Positions 38,672 through 39,722 of a stretch of 39,722 bases of DNA are shown here, piece after piece. The DNA comes from Jimgerdemannia flammicorona (lineage: Eukaryota): positions 1 to 39,722 of the forward strand of contig RBNJ01000136.1 in assembly GCA_003990765.1 (NCBI GenBank). The letters are read 5' to 3'. Position 1 is the first letter of the stretch. The number at the start of each line of letters is the position of its first letter. Under the pieces are notes generated by a model, which saw nothing but the letters and a program-made list of their open reading frames with translations, did not search any database and had not been told where the DNA came from. The position numbers and the translations under genes were made by a program.

Positions 38672-39416
38672 TGTAAGCACACAACCTCCAAGTCACCGAA
38701 ATTACACGTCACCCTCTGAACAAGCCACTGAAATCATATGTGACCTCTGAACAAATCTGGAAATTACTTGCTCGATCATGAAGCTGAGTTAAACTAAAGT
38801 CACAGTGCACAAAGCTGAGTCAATATGAAGTCACAGAACACAAGATTCATATAAATAAAATCTTACCAATCAGGATTAAATGCATATATACTAAGCACCA
38901 AGATGTATCAAAACAGAGAACCAAAATAAATAACAACTACAACTTCTAATATACAAACATAACTACTGAGATCTACAACTATATCCATGCTGACATTTGG
39001 AATGCTATTGTCAACTGAGTCATACCCCCTCTACTCCTCATGAATATCCATAGCCTAGCACCCCTTTACTTCATGGAAGCCTAATGGAATGCCCTGAACA
39101 TGCTTAATGAGGTCTATCAGATTGGACAAATCTCAAGCTACTACTAGATCGGCTGCCTCCTGAAAGATATGGTTGAACATCATTACAATACAGACATTAC
39201 CCAGATGTCTCAAAACCAGAAACCCATTGCCTGCAAATACCAAGAACTCTTCTATGAATATAGCACTGTTATTCCCTGCCTCTGAGTTACTATAGCTGAA
39301 ATGGTTGCTACCCTGTCCTATGGCCAAATTGATGACATGATACAAGAACTCAACCATAAGTACCTTAAGTACATTGAAACCACAGACAGAACCTTCCCCC
39401 ACCCCAATAATTATAT
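38672..39416 (+). repeat. Type A LTR 5' part, plus strand, interrupted by another LTR
   Basis: Starts tgtaagcacacaacctcc; LTR ORF remnant from 38959. Confidence 0.92.
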
Positions 39417-39722
39417 TGTAAGCGCACAACCTCCAAGCCACCGAAATTACACGTCACCCTCTGAACAAGCCACTGAAATCATGCGCGACCTCCAAACAAA
39501 TCTGGAAATCACCTGCTCAATCACGAAGCTGAGTCAAACCGAAGTCACAGCGCACAAAGCTGAGTCAATACGAAGTCACGGAACACAAGATCTACACAAA
39601 TGGAACCTTACCAATCAGGACCAAATGCATATATACTGAGCACCGAGATGCGTCGAATCAAAGAACCAAAACAAACAACAACCACAACTTCCAAACACAC
39701 AAACATGACCAGCGAGATCTAC
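39417..39722 (+). repeat. Start of a CpG-rich (likely younger) type A LTR running off the window
   Basis: tgtaagcgcacaacctcc terminus; LTR ORF ATG at 39705. Confidence 0.92.

Noticed and set aside
39301-39639. 112-aa plus-strand ORF as a gene
   Set aside because: Chance fusion across the nested LTR junction at 39416/39417

Overview
The window has no recognisable host genes. It is a nest of one Ty3/Gypsy (Metaviridae) chromovirus family, probably fungal (inference), mostly on the minus strand and eroded by C>T/G>A mutation. Consensus element (~10.4-10.6 kb): ~2.0 kb LTR (TGTAAG...CTTACA), TGGTAGCAG primer-binding site, one long frame (gag, CCHC knuckle, dUTPase, protease, RT, RNase H, integrase, chromodomain), polypurine tract, LTR. 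Present: two near-complete copies (A 2626-12998, C 14785-25402), truncated copies B and D, deletion derivative E, several LTR fragments and a piece of a second LTR family. Highlights: (1) each standard LTR carries a 365-codon orphan gene in U3 with its own candidate promoter; (2) a variant LTR carries different cargo in the same slot; (3) an AUG-less 285-codon frame, missed by the ORF track, extends gag upstream; (4) dUTPase lies between nucleocapsid and protease, which with an LTR-encoded ORF parallels MMTV; (5) no insertion junction has a matching target-site duplication.
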